A stretch of 64,000 nucleotides of DNA from Candidatus Hydrogenedentota bacterium (GCA_045863335.1 BTVY01000040.1:1-64000), one strand, 5' to 3'; shown: positions 1-10,265, counted from the stretch's first letter. Numbers and translations: made by a program. Notes: generated by a model from the sequence alone, not told the origin.

Positions 1-53
1 AGAGGACATTTCTAACGAGTTAAGCCAGAGGACATTTCTAACGAGTCTTGACA
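1..53. mobile_element. Terminal end of an IS/transposon (TGT...ACA type, IS1202/IS481/IS21-like); element body lies left of the window
   Basis: Exact 20-bp direct repeat AGAGGACATTTCTAACGAGT at 1-20 and 27-46, then CTTGACA. The reverse complement reads TGTCAAG-repeat-repeat, the layout of DDE transposon ends with iterated transposase-binding sites. Confidence 0.65.
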
Positions 54-68
54 CATCTGCGCCAATCC

Positions 69-97
69 TTGACTTGGCCGGAATCCCCTCCTATATT
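69..97 (+). promoter_or_regulatory. Sigma-70-type promoter for the reductase/heme A synthase genes
   Basis: TTGACT(69-74)-17 nt-TATATT(92-97), 83 nt upstream of ATG 181. Confidence 0.6.
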
Positions 98-180
98 CAG
101 GCATTCAGCCGGGGGCAGGGCACCACACAACGCGACTTTCTTCCTCCGCGCGCGGCGAACGGCAAACGGGAAAGGACGAC

Positions 181-1560
181 ATGAGCGAACTGGGTACGGC
201 GGGAATGCCGTTGCGCGTGGCCATCGTGGGGAGTGGACCCAGCGGGTTCTACGCGGCGGAAGCATTGATCAAGGCGGAGCCGCAGATACACGTCGACATG
301 TTCGACCGCTTGCCGACGCCTTTCGGCTTGGTCCGCGGCGGCGTCGCGCCCGACCATCCCAAGATCAAGAGTGTTACTCGTGTCTACGACAAGATCGCCG
401 GGACGCCCGGGTTTGCTTTCTGGGGCAATGTCACGGTCGGCCGCGACGTGGCCATCGAGGAACTGGCACGCTTCTACGACGCCATCATCTTTGCCAGCGG
501 CGCGGAGACCGATAACCGCCTGAACATCCCCGGCGAGGATTTGAAAGGCAGCCATACCGCCACCGAGTTCGTGGGTTGGTACAACGGCCACCCCGACTAT
601 CGGGATCGCGAGTTCGATCTCTCCGCCGAAGTGGCCGTGGTTGTCGGCCAGGGCAATGTTGCGATGGACGTGAGCCGCATCCTCGCCAAGACCATTGACG
701 AATTGAAGGAGACGGATATTGCCGATCATGCGCTGGATGCGCTGGCGGAAAGCAAGGTGCGCGAGATTCATTTGATCGGCCGGCGAGGACCGGTACAGGC
801 CAAGTTCACGCAACCCGAGATCAAGGAGATCGGCGAGTTGTCGGATTGCGACCCCGTCCTGGAGCCGGGCGCGCTGGAACTGGACCCGTCGAGTCAGGCC
901 GAACTGGACGATCCCGACAACAAACACAGTCAGAAGAACTTTGCGGTGCTCCAATCCTTTGCCGGTCGTGGCGCGCCCGCGAAGAACCGGCAATACCACA
1001 TCCACTTCCTGAAGAGTCCCCGCGAGATCCGCGGTGAGTCCCATGTTGAATCGCTGATTCTTGAACGAAACCGCCTCGAAGGCGAACCCTTCCGCATGAA
1101 AGCCGTCGGCACCGGCGAGATGGAAGAACTAGCCTGCGGACTGGTGTTTCGTAGTGTGGGTTATCGCGGCGTGGCCTTGCAGGGTGTGCCCTTCGAAGAA
1201 AAGCGCGGAGTCATCCCCAATATCGATGGCCGTGTCGTGGCCGGCAGCGAAGTCGTCCCGGGATGGTACGTGGTCGGCTGGATCAAGCGCGGCCCCAGCG
1301 GTGTCATCGGCACCAACAAGCCGGACAGCCAAGCCACTGCGGCGGCGTTGCTCGACGACATTCCGAAGTTGAAACCCTGCGCGCATCGCGACGGCGTCGA
1401 ACTGATGGACCTCCTTCGTTCGCGCGGCGTGCGGTTCGTATCGTTCGCGGACTGGCAGCGGATCGATGCCGCGGAAATCGAGCGCGGCAAACTAAAAGGC
1501 AAGCCGCGCGAAAAGTTTACACGCATCCAGGAGATGCTGGATATCCTGGACTTGAAGTAG
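181..1560 (+). CDS. fprA: Ferredoxin-NADP+ reductase, adrenodoxin-reductase/FprA type
   Basis: FAD motif [33 protein letters not shown] motif [24 protein letters not shown]-terminal PREKF; RBS AAAGGA. Confidence 0.92.
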   Translation: MSELGTAGMPLRVAIVGSGPSGFYAAEALIKAEPQIHVDMFDRLPTPFGLVRGGVAPDHPKIKSVTRVYDKIAGTPGFAFWGNVTVGRDVAIEELARFYDAIIFASGAETDNRLNIPGEDLKGSHTATEFVGWYNGHPDYRDREFDLSAEVAVVVGQGNVAMDVSRILAKTIDELKETDIADHALDALAESKVREIHLIGRRGPVQAKFTQPEIKEIGELSDCDPVLEPGALELDPSSQAELDDPDNKHSQKNFAVLQSFAGRGAPAKNRQYHIHFLKSPREIRGESHVESLILERNRLEGEPFRMKAVGTGEMEELACGLVFRSVGYRGVALQGVPFEEKRGVIPNIDGRVVAGSEVVPGWYVVGWIKRGPSGVIGTNKPDSQATAAALLDDIPKLKPCAHRDGVELMDLLRSRGVRFVSFADWQRIDAAEIERGKLKGKPREKFTRIQEMLDILDLK

Positions 1561-1584
1561 CCCCTATCCTTCGAGGCAACCATC

Positions 1585-2592
1585 ATGAGCAGTATGTTTC
1601 TTACGCCGCGCGCCTTCCGCGTCGTCGGCATCACCACCATCGCCGCGGTTTACTTTCTGATTCTCGTGGGCGGCATCGTCCGCGCTTCCGGCGCGGGGAT
1701 GGGCTGTCCCGACTGGCCCAAGTGTTTCGGCCAATGGATCCCGCCGACGCATGAATCGCAGCTTCCCGAGGATTACCAGGAGATTTACGCCCACCGAGGC
1801 TACGCCGATACCACGTTCAACGTGGTGAAGACGTGGACGGAGTATGTGAACCGGCTCACCGGGGTGACGATCGGATTTCTCATCTTCCTCACGCTGATCT
1901 TTTCGTTTGCCTATACGCGCACCGACAAGGTCGTTCCCGTGTTGAGTTTCGTATCGTTTCTGCTTGTTGGGTTCCAGGGGTGGCTCGGGGCGGTCGTCGT
2001 CGCGTCAAACCTTACGCCTTACTTGATTACCCTGCACATGATCGTCGCCCTCGTGCTGGTGGCTCTACTCATCTACGCCATTGCGCGGTCCCAGTGCGAC
2101 CAGTTGGCCGTTATCGAAACAAAATCAAGACCGGCGCTCATGCCGCTTCTCATTATCGTGTTGGCCCTGTCACTCGTTCAGGTCGTCCTCGGCACCCGCG
2201 TGCGGGAACACGTCGACGAACTCGCCGTCCTCTCCGCGAACCGCGCGTACTGGATGGAATCCCTCGGGATCGGTTTCTACATCCACCGATCGTTCTCGAT
2301 CGTCATGCTCGCGCTCAACGCGGCTGCGGCCGCAGTCATCTGGAAGGATGGTGGCGCATCCACCCTACTGAGCCGGTGCGCCCTTGCATTGCTCGGGCTC
2401 ATCGCCATCGAGATCGCCACGGGCGCGATCATGTATTACTTCGCGATCCCGCCCATCCTTCAGCCTGTCCACCTGGTCCTGGCCTCGCTCGTGTTCGGCC
2501 TGCAATTCTTCATGATCATCGCCTACCGCTACGGCCGCGCCACCGCTCTGCTGAAAAACACGGCGGCAGGAACCTCGGCGAGAGCTGTATAG
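1585..2592 (+). CDS. ctaA: Heme A synthase (COX15/CtaA family, Cys-pair type)
   Basis: GGIVRASGAGMGCPDWPKC, about 8 TM helices, FQGWLG, conserved His in ITLHM, YIHRS and QPVHL. Confidence 0.88.
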   Translation: MSSMFLTPRAFRVVGITTIAAVYFLILVGGIVRASGAGMGCPDWPKCFGQWIPPTHESQLPEDYQEIYAHRGYADTTFNVVKTWTEYVNRLTGVTIGFLIFLTLIFSFAYTRTDKVVPVLSFVSFLLVGFQGWLGAVVVASNLTPYLITLHMIVALVLVALLIYAIARSQCDQLAVIETKSRPALMPLLIIVLALSLVQVVLGTRVREHVDELAVLSANRAYWMESLGIGFYIHRSFSIVMLALNAAAAAVIWKDGGASTLLSRCALALLGLIAIEIATGAIMYYFAIPPILQPVHLVLASLVFGLQFFMIIAYRYGRATALLKNTAAGTSARAV

Positions 2593-2900
2593 GCACTAGG
2601 GGCATATACTCGGGCCACACTTTTTTTGTCCGTCTGTCGGACGTTACAAAGTAGCTCTCGTGCGCGGTTCCTGCCGCTGATATCAAGATATCACCAAGCC
2701 CGCAATTTTGCAATTCTATTTTTGCATTAAAGGAATTTGAAATGCTGGTTTAGTGGATTCGAGCGGTCCTGGGTTCCTCCAAACGGACCAGCCCGGACGA
2801 ACACGCCCGTCGTGCTACCCGGCACCTTTTGCCCCTTCCGGCAGGTTTTTCCGCCTCATGCCATTCCATCCCAGCCATTTACGTGCATTTCAGGCCCAAA

Positions 2901-2929
2901 CTAAAGGCCTTCGCCGGCCCCGCCGATAA
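2901..2929 (+). promoter_or_regulatory. Sigma-28 (FliA/SigD) promoter
   Basis: CTAAA(2901-2905)-16 nt-GCCGATAA(2922-2929), matching the sigma-28 consensus, about 100 nt upstream of flgK. Confidence 0.85.
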
Positions 2930-3025
2930 TGGGTATGCGGGTTGCTCTCCCCTTGGGCAAGGACGAACCTGTCCGAAGGCATGGCCCAGCGTTTTGGGGC
3001 CCGCACAGGCAACGAGGAGGTTGGC

Positions 3026-4720
3026 GTGGGAACGCTATTCAGTGCGCTCAGTATCGGAACGTCGGGGTTGCGGACGGCGCAAATCCAGCTCGACGTCACG
3101 GGCAACAACATTGCCAACGTCAATACCCCCGGCTTTTCCCGGCAGCGCGCGGAACTGATCGAACTGTTTCCCATTCAGACGACCGTCGGCGAGATCGGGC
3201 GCGGCGTCGGGATCGCGCAGATCACGCGCCTCCGCGACATCTTTCTGGACGTCGCCTACGTCCGGCAGGTGGCTGGACTGGGCAGCGCCGAAGTCCAAGC
3301 CCAGTATTACAACCTCATCGAAGACGCTTATCTCGAACCCGGCGAAGCCGGCTTTGGCACCCGGCTCGATCGCTTTTTTGATGCCCTCAACGACTACGCG
3401 AACAATGTGGAATCGCTCCCCGTACGGGAGGCGTTTCTCGCCGAAGCGGACGCGGTGGCCACAGACCTGAATCAGCTCGTAAGGCGGTTTGACGAACTGC
3501 GCACAAATGCCAACGAAGAAGTGCGCAATCTGGTGCCGGAAGTCAACACGCTGGCCCAGCGCATTTACGAATTAAACGGACAGATTCAACAGATCGAAGG
3601 GTCCGGCCGGTCTGCGAACGCCCTGCGCGACCAGCGGGGTTTGCTCCTCGATCAATTGGGCCAACTCATCAACATCTCGTATCAAGAGAACGCCCAAGGC
3701 CAGGTGCAAGTCCAGATCGGCAGCGCCATTCTGGTCGACACGACGCGCGCCCGCGAGATCACCGCGTTCCGCAACCCGGCCCTCGATCCCGAGCGCGGCG
3801 ACCTGGTGGAACTCCGGTTTGTGGACGATAACTCGCTGGTCGATGTGCGCGACGGGGAAATCTTCGGTGCGCTTACCATCCGCGATACGGTGATTCCGGA
3901 GCAGGACGCCCGCATCGACGAGATCGCCCGCGCCCTGATCCTGGAACTCAATGCGATTCACAGTCAGGGCCGGGGCCTGGAAGGCATTTCGGGCACGCTT
4001 ATCAGCACGAACGAAGTGAGCGCGCCAACCGATCCGCTCACGGCGGCGGGGCTGCCGTTCACCGTCACGCCCGGCACTTTCGACGTGGTGGTCTATGACT
4101 CGGCGGGTAATCCGGCGACGACCAGCATTACGATTAATCCCGGCACAACGCTCAACGATCTCGCGACCGATCTCAATGCGGTTGCCAATTTGAATGCCGT
4201 GGTCAACGGGAATCAGATCGAGATCACGCCGGACGCCACGTTCTCGTTCTCTTTCGCGAACGACTCGACGGGCATTTTGCCGGCGCTTGGGCTCAACAAC
4301 CTGTTCAACGGAACGGACGCGCGTTCAATCACACTGAATCCGGATCTCCAAGCCAACCCCGCGCTTCTCACCTCGGGTTTCAGCACCGACCTCACGGAAA
4401 CAGGCGACAACTCCGCGGCGCTGGCGCTTGCGAACTTGCGCACCGCCCAGGTCCTCGACAGTGGCGCATCGACCATTTCCGACTTTTACCAGTCCACCGT
4501 CGCGACGCTCGGTATCGATGCCCGTGCGAACAACGACATACTTCTCACAGAAAACGAGTTCATTCAGGACCTCAACGCGCGCCGCCAGGAAGTGTCCGGC
4601 GTCAACCTCGACGAGGAGGTTACCTCGCTGCTCCTCTTCCAGCGTGCCTACGAAGCCTCCGCCCGCGTCATCACCATCGCCGACCGCATGCTGGAAACGC
4701 TGCTGAACGTCGCACGGTAG
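3026..4720 (+). CDS. flgK: Flagellar hook-associated protein 1
   Basis: N-terminal LSIGTSGL...VTGNNIANVNTPGFSRQ; C-terminal SGVNLDEEVTSLLLFQRAYEASARVI. GTG start at 3026 follows RBS GAGGAGG (ORF track starts at 2942). Confidence 0.93.
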   Translation: MGTLFSALSIGTSGLRTAQIQLDVTGNNIANVNTPGFSRQRAELIELFPIQTTVGEIGRGVGIAQITRLRDIFLDVAYVRQVAGLGSAEVQAQYYNLIEDAYLEPGEAGFGTRLDRFFDALNDYANNVESLPVREAFLAEADAVATDLNQLVRRFDELRTNANEEVRNLVPEVNTLAQRIYELNGQIQQIEGSGRSANALRDQRGLLLDQLGQLINISYQENAQGQVQVQIGSAILVDTTRAREITAFRNPALDPERGDLVELRFVDDNSLVDVRDGEIFGALTIRDTVIPEQDARIDEIARALILELNAIHSQGRGLEGISGTLISTNEVSAPTDPLTAAGLPFTVTPGTFDVVVYDSAGNPATTSITINPGTTLNDLATDLNAVANLNAVVNGNQIEITPDATFSFSFANDSTGILPALGLNNLFNGTDARSITLNPDLQANPALLTSGFSTDLTETGDNSAALALANLRTAQVLDSGASTISDFYQSTVATLGIDARANNDILLTENEFIQDLNARRQEVSGVNLDEEVTSLLLFQRAYEASARVITIADRMLETLLNVAR

Positions 4721-4863
4721 GAGGGCGGGTTTTCTAACCCGCCTCGCCAAAGCCGCCTATCCGACGCGTTGGCTTTCCCACTGAGATAGGCGCGACAGGA
4801 CTTATCGAAGGATTTCTCATGAAGTCGCCATCGGACATGGCGGGTTGGAAAACCCGCCCTCCT
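4717..4863. repeat. Inverted pair of REP-like palindromes, family A (GTAGGAGGGCGGGTTTTCYAACCCGCC)
   Basis: 4717-4743 and its inverse at 4839-4863, between convergent genes; another copy at 20947-20973. Confidence 0.75.
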
Positions 4864-4893
4864 TGGAAGCTACTCTCTTTCTGAATCCTATGT

Positions 4894-6024
4894 TCAGCTT
4901 AACGTCTTCCGAAATCTTGCCACGGCGAGCGTCACAAACGAAATCGTCAACCCCGTTTGCCACAGGATCGCGGGCCACAAGGTCGCGATTCCTTCCCCTT
5001 TCAACACGATCCCGCGCAGGATCACGAGGAACCAGCGCAGGGGATTCAGCGCCGTCGCGTGCTGCACGATTTCCGGCATGTTGCGGATAGGAAACATAAA
5101 CCCGCTCAGCAACACGCCGGGCATGAGCACGAAGAAGGCCGTTAACAGGGCCTGTTGTTGCGTGGAGGCGCTTACGCTGATGAAGAGCGCCAGCCCGAGG
5201 TTGCCGGCCACGTAGACTCCCGCCAGCGTGTACAAGAGCACCCAGCTTCCCTCGATACGCACGCCGAAGATCAGCATGGCGATGACGAACATGATCGTCA
5301 TCGTGATGTAACCCGTGATGAGGTAGGGGACGGTCTTGCCGATGATGAACTCGAACCGGCGGATGGGCGTCACCATGACCTGCTCGATGGTGCCAATCTC
5401 TTTCTCGCGCACGATGGCGATGCTGGTAAGCAGCGTACTCACGACCATCAACATAACCGCGATCAAACCCGGAACATAGTAGTAGGCGCTTTCCAGGTTC
5501 GGGTTAAACCAGGCCCGCGTGGTGAAGTCGACTGGCGGCGGGATGGCGTTCGGTCCCAGCAACACTTCCATCTGCTCCAACCGCTTCGTTTGCGCAAACT
5601 GCGACGCGATTTGGTTCGCATACGAAAGAGTCACGGCGGCGTTATTTGTTTCCGTACCGTCCACGAGGAGTTGCGCGTGAGCCGTGCGTCCGCCGAGCAG
5701 GTCGCTTTCGAATTCGTAGGGGATCTCGAGCGCCGCCTGCGCGTGTCCCGAGTCCAGCATGGTACGGAAATCGTCCGGCGAATCCGCGACCGACACGATT
5801 TCAAAGTAATCGCTGGCGGTGAAGGCGTCGATCAACTCGCGCGACAGGGGCGTACGATCGCGATCGAGGATGACGGTTCGGATATTCGTGACATCCGTGG
5901 TCAGGGCGAAGGCGAAGACGGTCATCTGCAGCACGGGTGCGACGAACACGATGAGCCGCATGCGGACATCGCGAAACATCTGCAGGAACTCTTTGATCAG
6001 CATGCGTTGGATGCGTTCGAGCAT
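4894..6024 (-). CDS. ABC-2 transporter permease (YbhR-like)
   Basis: KEFLQMFRD, WFNPNL, IVREKEIGTIEQVMVTP, LSGFMFPIRNMP. Confidence 0.92.
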   Translation of the reverse strand: MLERIQRMLIKEFLQMFRDVRMRLIVFVAPVLQMTVFAFALTTDVTNIRTVILDRDRTPLSRELIDAFTASDYFEIVSVADSPDDFRTMLDSGHAQAALEIPYEFESDLLGGRTAHAQLLVDGTETNNAAVTLSYANQIASQFAQTKRLEQMEVLLGPNAIPPPVDFTTRAWFNPNLESAYYYVPGLIAVMLMVVSTLLTSIAIVREKEIGTIEQVMVTPIRRFEFIIGKTVPYLITGYITMTIMFVIAMLIFGVRIEGSWVLLYTLAGVYVAGNLGLALFISVSASTQQQALLTAFFVLMPGVLLSGFMFPIRNMPEIVQHATALNPLRWFLVILRGIVLKGEGIATLWPAILWQTGLTISFVTLAVARFRKTLS

Positions 6025-6026
6025 GG

Positions 6027-7163
6027 CTACTCCAGTTTCAGCCGCATGCGTTTGTGCGCGAGGAAGACCATGATGGCCGCGTAGAGCGTCAGCAACATGG
6101 CGTTGAGCCAGAGCACTTCAAGACCGATGCCCTTGAGGTAGATACCACGCAGCAGCGCAATGAAGTAACGCGCGGGAATGATGTACGTGAGTATCTGGAG
6201 AGGCTTCGGCATGTTGGCGATCGCAAAAACAAACCCGCTCAGCAGCAGCGTGGGAAGGTAACTTGCAAAGAGCGCCATCTGGTTCGCGAGCACCTGTTTC
6301 TTGACCGTGATGCTCAGCATCATCCCAAAGAAGAGCGCGCCCATGAGGAAAATCGCGCCGGACAGAAATACCAGCCCGGGGTTGCCGCGCAAGGGCACGT
6401 GAAACAGACCTTGCCCCAGTATCATGGCGATGACGACGTCTATCATGCCGATGGCGAAATACGGGACGACCTTGCCCAGCACGATTTCGGGCACACGGAT
6501 GGGCGTGCTGATGAGCTGCTCCATGGTGCCCATCTCCCACTCGCGCGCGACGGTAACGCTGGTGAGCATAGCGGCGATAACGACCAGCACGATGGCGATA
6601 ATCCCGGGGATGATGTCATTCTCGCTGCGCAGGTCGGGGTTGTACCAGGCGCGGGACTCCAGCACCATGGGCTCGACGAGGGGCCCGCGGCCCATCAGTG
6701 CGATGCGCTCGACGAGCAGTCGCTGGTTGTAGATCATGCCAACGCCGTTCGCGTACCCCACCGCCAGACGCGCCGTGCTCGCGTCGCTTCCGTCCGCGAT
6801 GACTTGTATCGACGCGGCTTCGCGCGCATGGACCTTGTCCGCAAAATCGCCAGGGATAACGATGGCAATCATAACCTGCCCGGCGACGAGGGCGGTTTGG
6901 AGTGGCTCGTAGCCTTCCACGTAACCCTCGACGGCGAAATAGGGCGACCCGTCAAACAGGGCCAGCAGGTCGCGGCTTTCCGGAGTGCGCGATTGGTCCC
7001 AAACGAGCGTTGGCACATTCTCCAGGTCCATGTTCAGCGCGTAGCCGAAGAGAAGGATCAGCACGATCGGAATGGCGATCGCGAGAAACAGGCTCCGCCA
7101 GTCGCGGATAACGTGGATGGTTTCTTTGCGGGCAATAGCGATGAGCCGCCGGGCGCTAATCAT
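6027..7163 (-). CDS. ABC-2 transporter permease (YbhS-like)
   Basis: ARKETIHVIRD, WYNPDL, AREWEMGTMEQLISTP; ATG 7163 overlaps the upstream stop (ATGA). Confidence 0.92.
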   Translation of the reverse strand: MISARRLIAIARKETIHVIRDWRSLFLAIAIPIVLILLFGYALNMDLENVPTLVWDQSRTPESRDLLALFDGSPYFAVEGYVEGYEPLQTALVAGQVMIAIVIPGDFADKVHAREAASIQVIADGSDASTARLAVGYANGVGMIYNQRLLVERIALMGRGPLVEPMVLESRAWYNPDLRSENDIIPGIIAIVLVVIAAMLTSVTVAREWEMGTMEQLISTPIRVPEIVLGKVVPYFAIGMIDVVIAMILGQGLFHVPLRGNPGLVFLSGAIFLMGALFFGMMLSITVKKQVLANQMALFASYLPTLLLSGFVFAIANMPKPLQILTYIIPARYFIALLRGIYLKGIGLEVLWLNAMLLTLYAAIMVFLAHKRMRLKLE

Positions 7164-9109
7164 GATGCCGCCTTCGCATTCGTTTCCTTCCGCTCTTCCG
7201 CTTCGATGAGCGACACGAACACGTCTTCCATGCTCGGCGTGATTTGTTCGATGTGTTGCAGGTTGAGTCCGCGCCGCTTGCACTCCGCTTCGATGGCCTT
7301 CTTCGCGACTTCGGCGTCGGCAACGACCACATGCAGGCCCGCGCCGAACAGGGCTACTTCGCGCACTTCGGGCAGTGCCGCGAGATCATCCATCACCTCG
7401 TGGGGCCGCGGGCACTGAATGTCCAGGATCTGGTCCGCCATCATGTTGGTCTTCAGTTCTTGGGGCGTGCCGAGCGCGATGATCTTGCCCCGGTACATAA
7501 GGGCCATGCGGTCGCAGTACTCGGCCTCTTCCATGTAGTGCGTGCTGACGAACACGGTAACGCCGTCGTCGGCCATGCTGTAGATGAGGTCCCAGAATCG
7601 CCGGCGGCTGATCGGGTCCACTCCGCTGGTGGGTTCGTCGAGAAAGACGATGGGCGGCTCATGGAGGATCGCGCAGGCGAGCGCAAGCCGCTGTTTCCAG
7701 CCGCCACTCAGGAGCGCGGTAAGACTATCCGTGCGATCGTTCAGTCCCGACATCGCTATGGCCCATTCTTTGCGCGGCGCGAGTTTCTCGCGGCTCAGGC
7801 CGTAGATGCCGCCGTAGAAATCGATGTTCTCCTCCACGGTCAGATCTTCGTACAGCGAGAACTTCTGGCTCATGTACCCGATGTGCTTTTTGATTTGCTC
7901 CGGTTCGCGGGCAACATCGAATCCGGATACGCTGGCTTTCCCACCGGTCGGTTCGAGCAGTCCGCACAATATGCGGATCGTCGTGCTCTTGCCCGCGCCG
8001 TTGGGCCCAAGAAACCCGAAGATTTGGCCACGGGGCACTTCGAAGGAGACGTTGTCGACCGCGGTAAAGTCGCCGAAGCGCCGGGTCAGGTCGGTCGCAG
8101 AGACCGCGGGACCGTTTCTTGCCCGGTCCCGCGGGACCGGTGGTCCGGCGGGTCCGACCGATCCGACTGATCGGTCCGATGCGTTGCCGTCCTCCTCATT
8201 CAAGACGCTCACGAATACATCTTCCAGCGAAGCTTCCTGGCGGCGAACACCCTCCGCGCGGAACCCTTCCGCTTCGAGAAACCGCTGGATCGCTCCTTCC
8301 GTTTCCTCCGGTCTTTTCGTGACGACATGAACCGTGTCGCCGAAGACGTTCACACTTTGGCAATCGAGCCGGTCGCGAACGAGCTTGCTGATATCGCGCG
8401 CCTTCGTACTCTGTACCGCGAGGATGGTTCCCTTCATCAACTCCTTGACGTCGTCGGGCGTGCCCGAGGCCAACAGTTTGCCATGGTGCATCAGGGCCAC
8501 CCGATTGCAGCGTTCCGCTTCGTCGAGATAGGCCGTCGTGACGAGGATCGCTACCTCGTCCTTGAGGAGGCGGTACAGAATGCGCCAGAAATCGCGGCGG
8601 CTCACGGGATCGACCCCGTTCGTCGGCTCGTCCAACAGGAGTACGCGCGGCGTGTGCACAAGGGCGCACACAAGTTGCAGCTTCTGTTTCATGCCGCCCG
8701 ACAAGGCCCCCGCCCGGCGTTTCTTGAAGGGTCGCATGTTGCTGAAGTCGAGGAGTTCGTCGAATCGCTCCGCCCGTCCTTTTCGCGGCACACCATAGAG
8801 GTCCGCGTAGAAGTGAATGTTCTCCTCCACCGTGAGGTCGGTATAGAGCCCAAAGCGCTGGCTCATGTAGGCGATGTTTTCTTTGACCCGGTCCGATTCC
8901 GTCGCCGCGTGATGGCCCTCGATCCACGCGTCGCCTTCGGTTGGATCGAGAATGCCTGCCATCATGCGAAGCGTGGTCGTCTTGCCGGCGCCGTCCGGCC
9001 CGACGAGACCCACAATCTCGCCGGAGTGGACTTCCAGATCGATACCCTCGACCGCGACGAGATCATCGAAGCGGCGCGTGAGGCCTTTGGCTCGGATGGC
9101 GGCTGGCAT
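7160..9109 (-). CDS. ABC transporter ATP-binding protein with two ABC domains (YbhF-like)
   Basis: Two Walker A motifs (GPDGAGKT, GPNGAGKS), two LSGG signatures, two LDEP Walker B motifs. Confidence 0.95.
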   Translation of the reverse strand: MPAAIRAKGLTRRFDDLVAVEGIDLEVHSGEIVGLVGPDGAGKTTTLRMMAGILDPTEGDAWIEGHHAATESDRVKENIAYMSQRFGLYTDLTVEENIHFYADLYGVPRKGRAERFDELLDFSNMRPFKKRRAGALSGGMKQKLQLVCALVHTPRVLLLDEPTNGVDPVSRRDFWRILYRLLKDEVAILVTTAYLDEAERCNRVALMHHGKLLASGTPDDVKELMKGTILAVQSTKARDISKLVRDRLDCQSVNVFGDTVHVVTKRPEETEGAIQRFLEAEGFRAEGVRRQEASLEDVFVSVLNEEDGNASDRSVGSVGPAGPPVPRDRARNGPAVSATDLTRRFGDFTAVDNVSFEVPRGQIFGFLGPNGAGKSTTIRILCGLLEPTGGKASVSGFDVAREPEQIKKHIGYMSQKFSLYEDLTVEENIDFYGGIYGLSREKLAPRKEWAIAMSGLNDRTDSLTALLSGGWKQRLALACAILHEPPIVFLDEPTSGVDPISRRRFWDLIYSMADDGVTVFVSTHYMEEAEYCDRMALMYRGKIIALGTPQELKTNMMADQILDIQCPRPHEVMDDLAALPEVREVALFGAGLHVVVADAEVAKKAIEAECKRRGLNLQHIEQITPSMEDVFVSLIEAEERKETNAKAAS

Positions 9110-9122
9110 CGGTGAACGGCCT

Positions 9123-10265
9123 TCAGGGCGCCACGTCAATCACGGCGTCGGCGGGCATCCCTACTTTGAGTTCATGGTTGGGGTTTTCGAGATCGACTTT
9201 GATGCGGTACATGAGCTTGACGCGCTCTTCGTGCGTCTGCACGGTCTTCGGCGTGAACTCTGCCTGACTGCTGATGAAGGCGATTCGGCCCGGGTAGGTT
9301 TTGCCAGGGTACGAATCCGTGATGACTTGCACCTCTTGCCCCAAATGCACGCGGCCCAAGTCGGTCTCGTTGATATACGCGCGCAACCAGACCCGGTCCA
9401 TCTCGCCAGCGGTCACTACCGGTGTACCCGGATTGAGGTATTCGCCCGGTTCCGCAGACTTGCTGAGGACCACGCCGTTGAACGGTGCGACGAGTTCTGT
9501 GTATTCGAGTTGCTGTTGCGCTTGCCGAAGACTCTCCTCGGCGACGGCCACCTTGGCGCGCGCCTGCTCGATGGATTCCTTGCGCGGGCCTTCCTGCACG
9601 AGGGCGTATCGTTCTTCGGCTTGCGCCAGCGCCGCGCGGGCTTGCTCGATTCTCTCTTGGCGCGGCCCTTCTACAACAAGGTTCAGGGTCTCCTGGGCGG
9701 AGTCGTATTGTTCCGACGCCACAATCGCGGCTGTGCGTACAGCGTCGTATTGCTGCTCGCTGACCGCGCCTTGCGCGTACAACTGTTCAAGACGCCTGCG
9801 ATCGGCCGCGAGCCGATCCGCTTCCGCTTTGGCCTGTGCCAGCATGTCCTCGGCCGTCGCCACTTCCTGCGGACGCGACCCGCGCTCCAGTTCGTCAAGC
9901 ATGGCCCTGGCCTGTTCGACGGCCGCCTTGGCTTGACGGATCTCCTGTTCCCGCGAGCCTGCTTCGAGTTCCGCCAGCACGGATTTCGCATACGCAAGAT
10001 TCGCCTCGGCCTGCCCGACCATGAGCTGCTGGTCCTTCGGGTCGAGGCGGGCCACGATGGCCCCTTTCTCGACGCTCTCGCCTTCATCCACCAGACGTTC
10101 TTCCAGGCGGCCGGGGATTTTGAAACTCAGTTGGGCATCCGTGAGTTCAATGTTGCCGGAAACGGTGACCAAACCCCCGTCCCCATTCGAGGCGTAAGCG
10201 AAGTAATAGACCCCCGCTCCGGTGGCTGCAACAACCAGGATGATGAAGACAATACGCTTTTTCAT
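9123..10265 (-). CDS. HlyD-family periplasmic adaptor (YbhG-like)
   Basis: N-terminal TM, VSGNIE, long coiled coil, AEFTPKTVQT motif. Confidence 0.92.
   Translation of the reverse strand: MKKRIVFIILVVAATGAGVYYFAYASNGDGGLVTVSGNIELTDAQLSFKIPGRLEERLVDEGESVEKGAIVARLDPKDQQLMVGQAEANLAYAKSVLAELEAGSREQEIRQAKAAVEQARAMLDELERGSRPQEVATAEDMLAQAKAEADRLAADRRRLEQLYAQGAVSEQQYDAVRTAAIVASEQYDSAQETLNLVVEGPRQERIEQARAALAQAEERYALVQEGPRKESIEQARAKVAVAEESLRQAQQQLEYTELVAPFNGVVLSKSAEPGEYLNPGTPVVTAGEMDRVWLRAYINETDLGRVHLGQEVQVITDSYPGKTYPGRIAFISSQAEFTPKTVQTHEERVKLMYRIKVDLENPNHELKVGMPADAVIDVAP

Noticed and set aside
1-46. 20-bp direct repeat as a CRISPR array
   Set aside because: Only two units with a 6-nt spacer and no cas genes; it fits a transposon end better.
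2930-3025. c-di-GMP riboswitch in the flgK leader
   Set aside because: No recognisable GEMM two-hairpin consensus.
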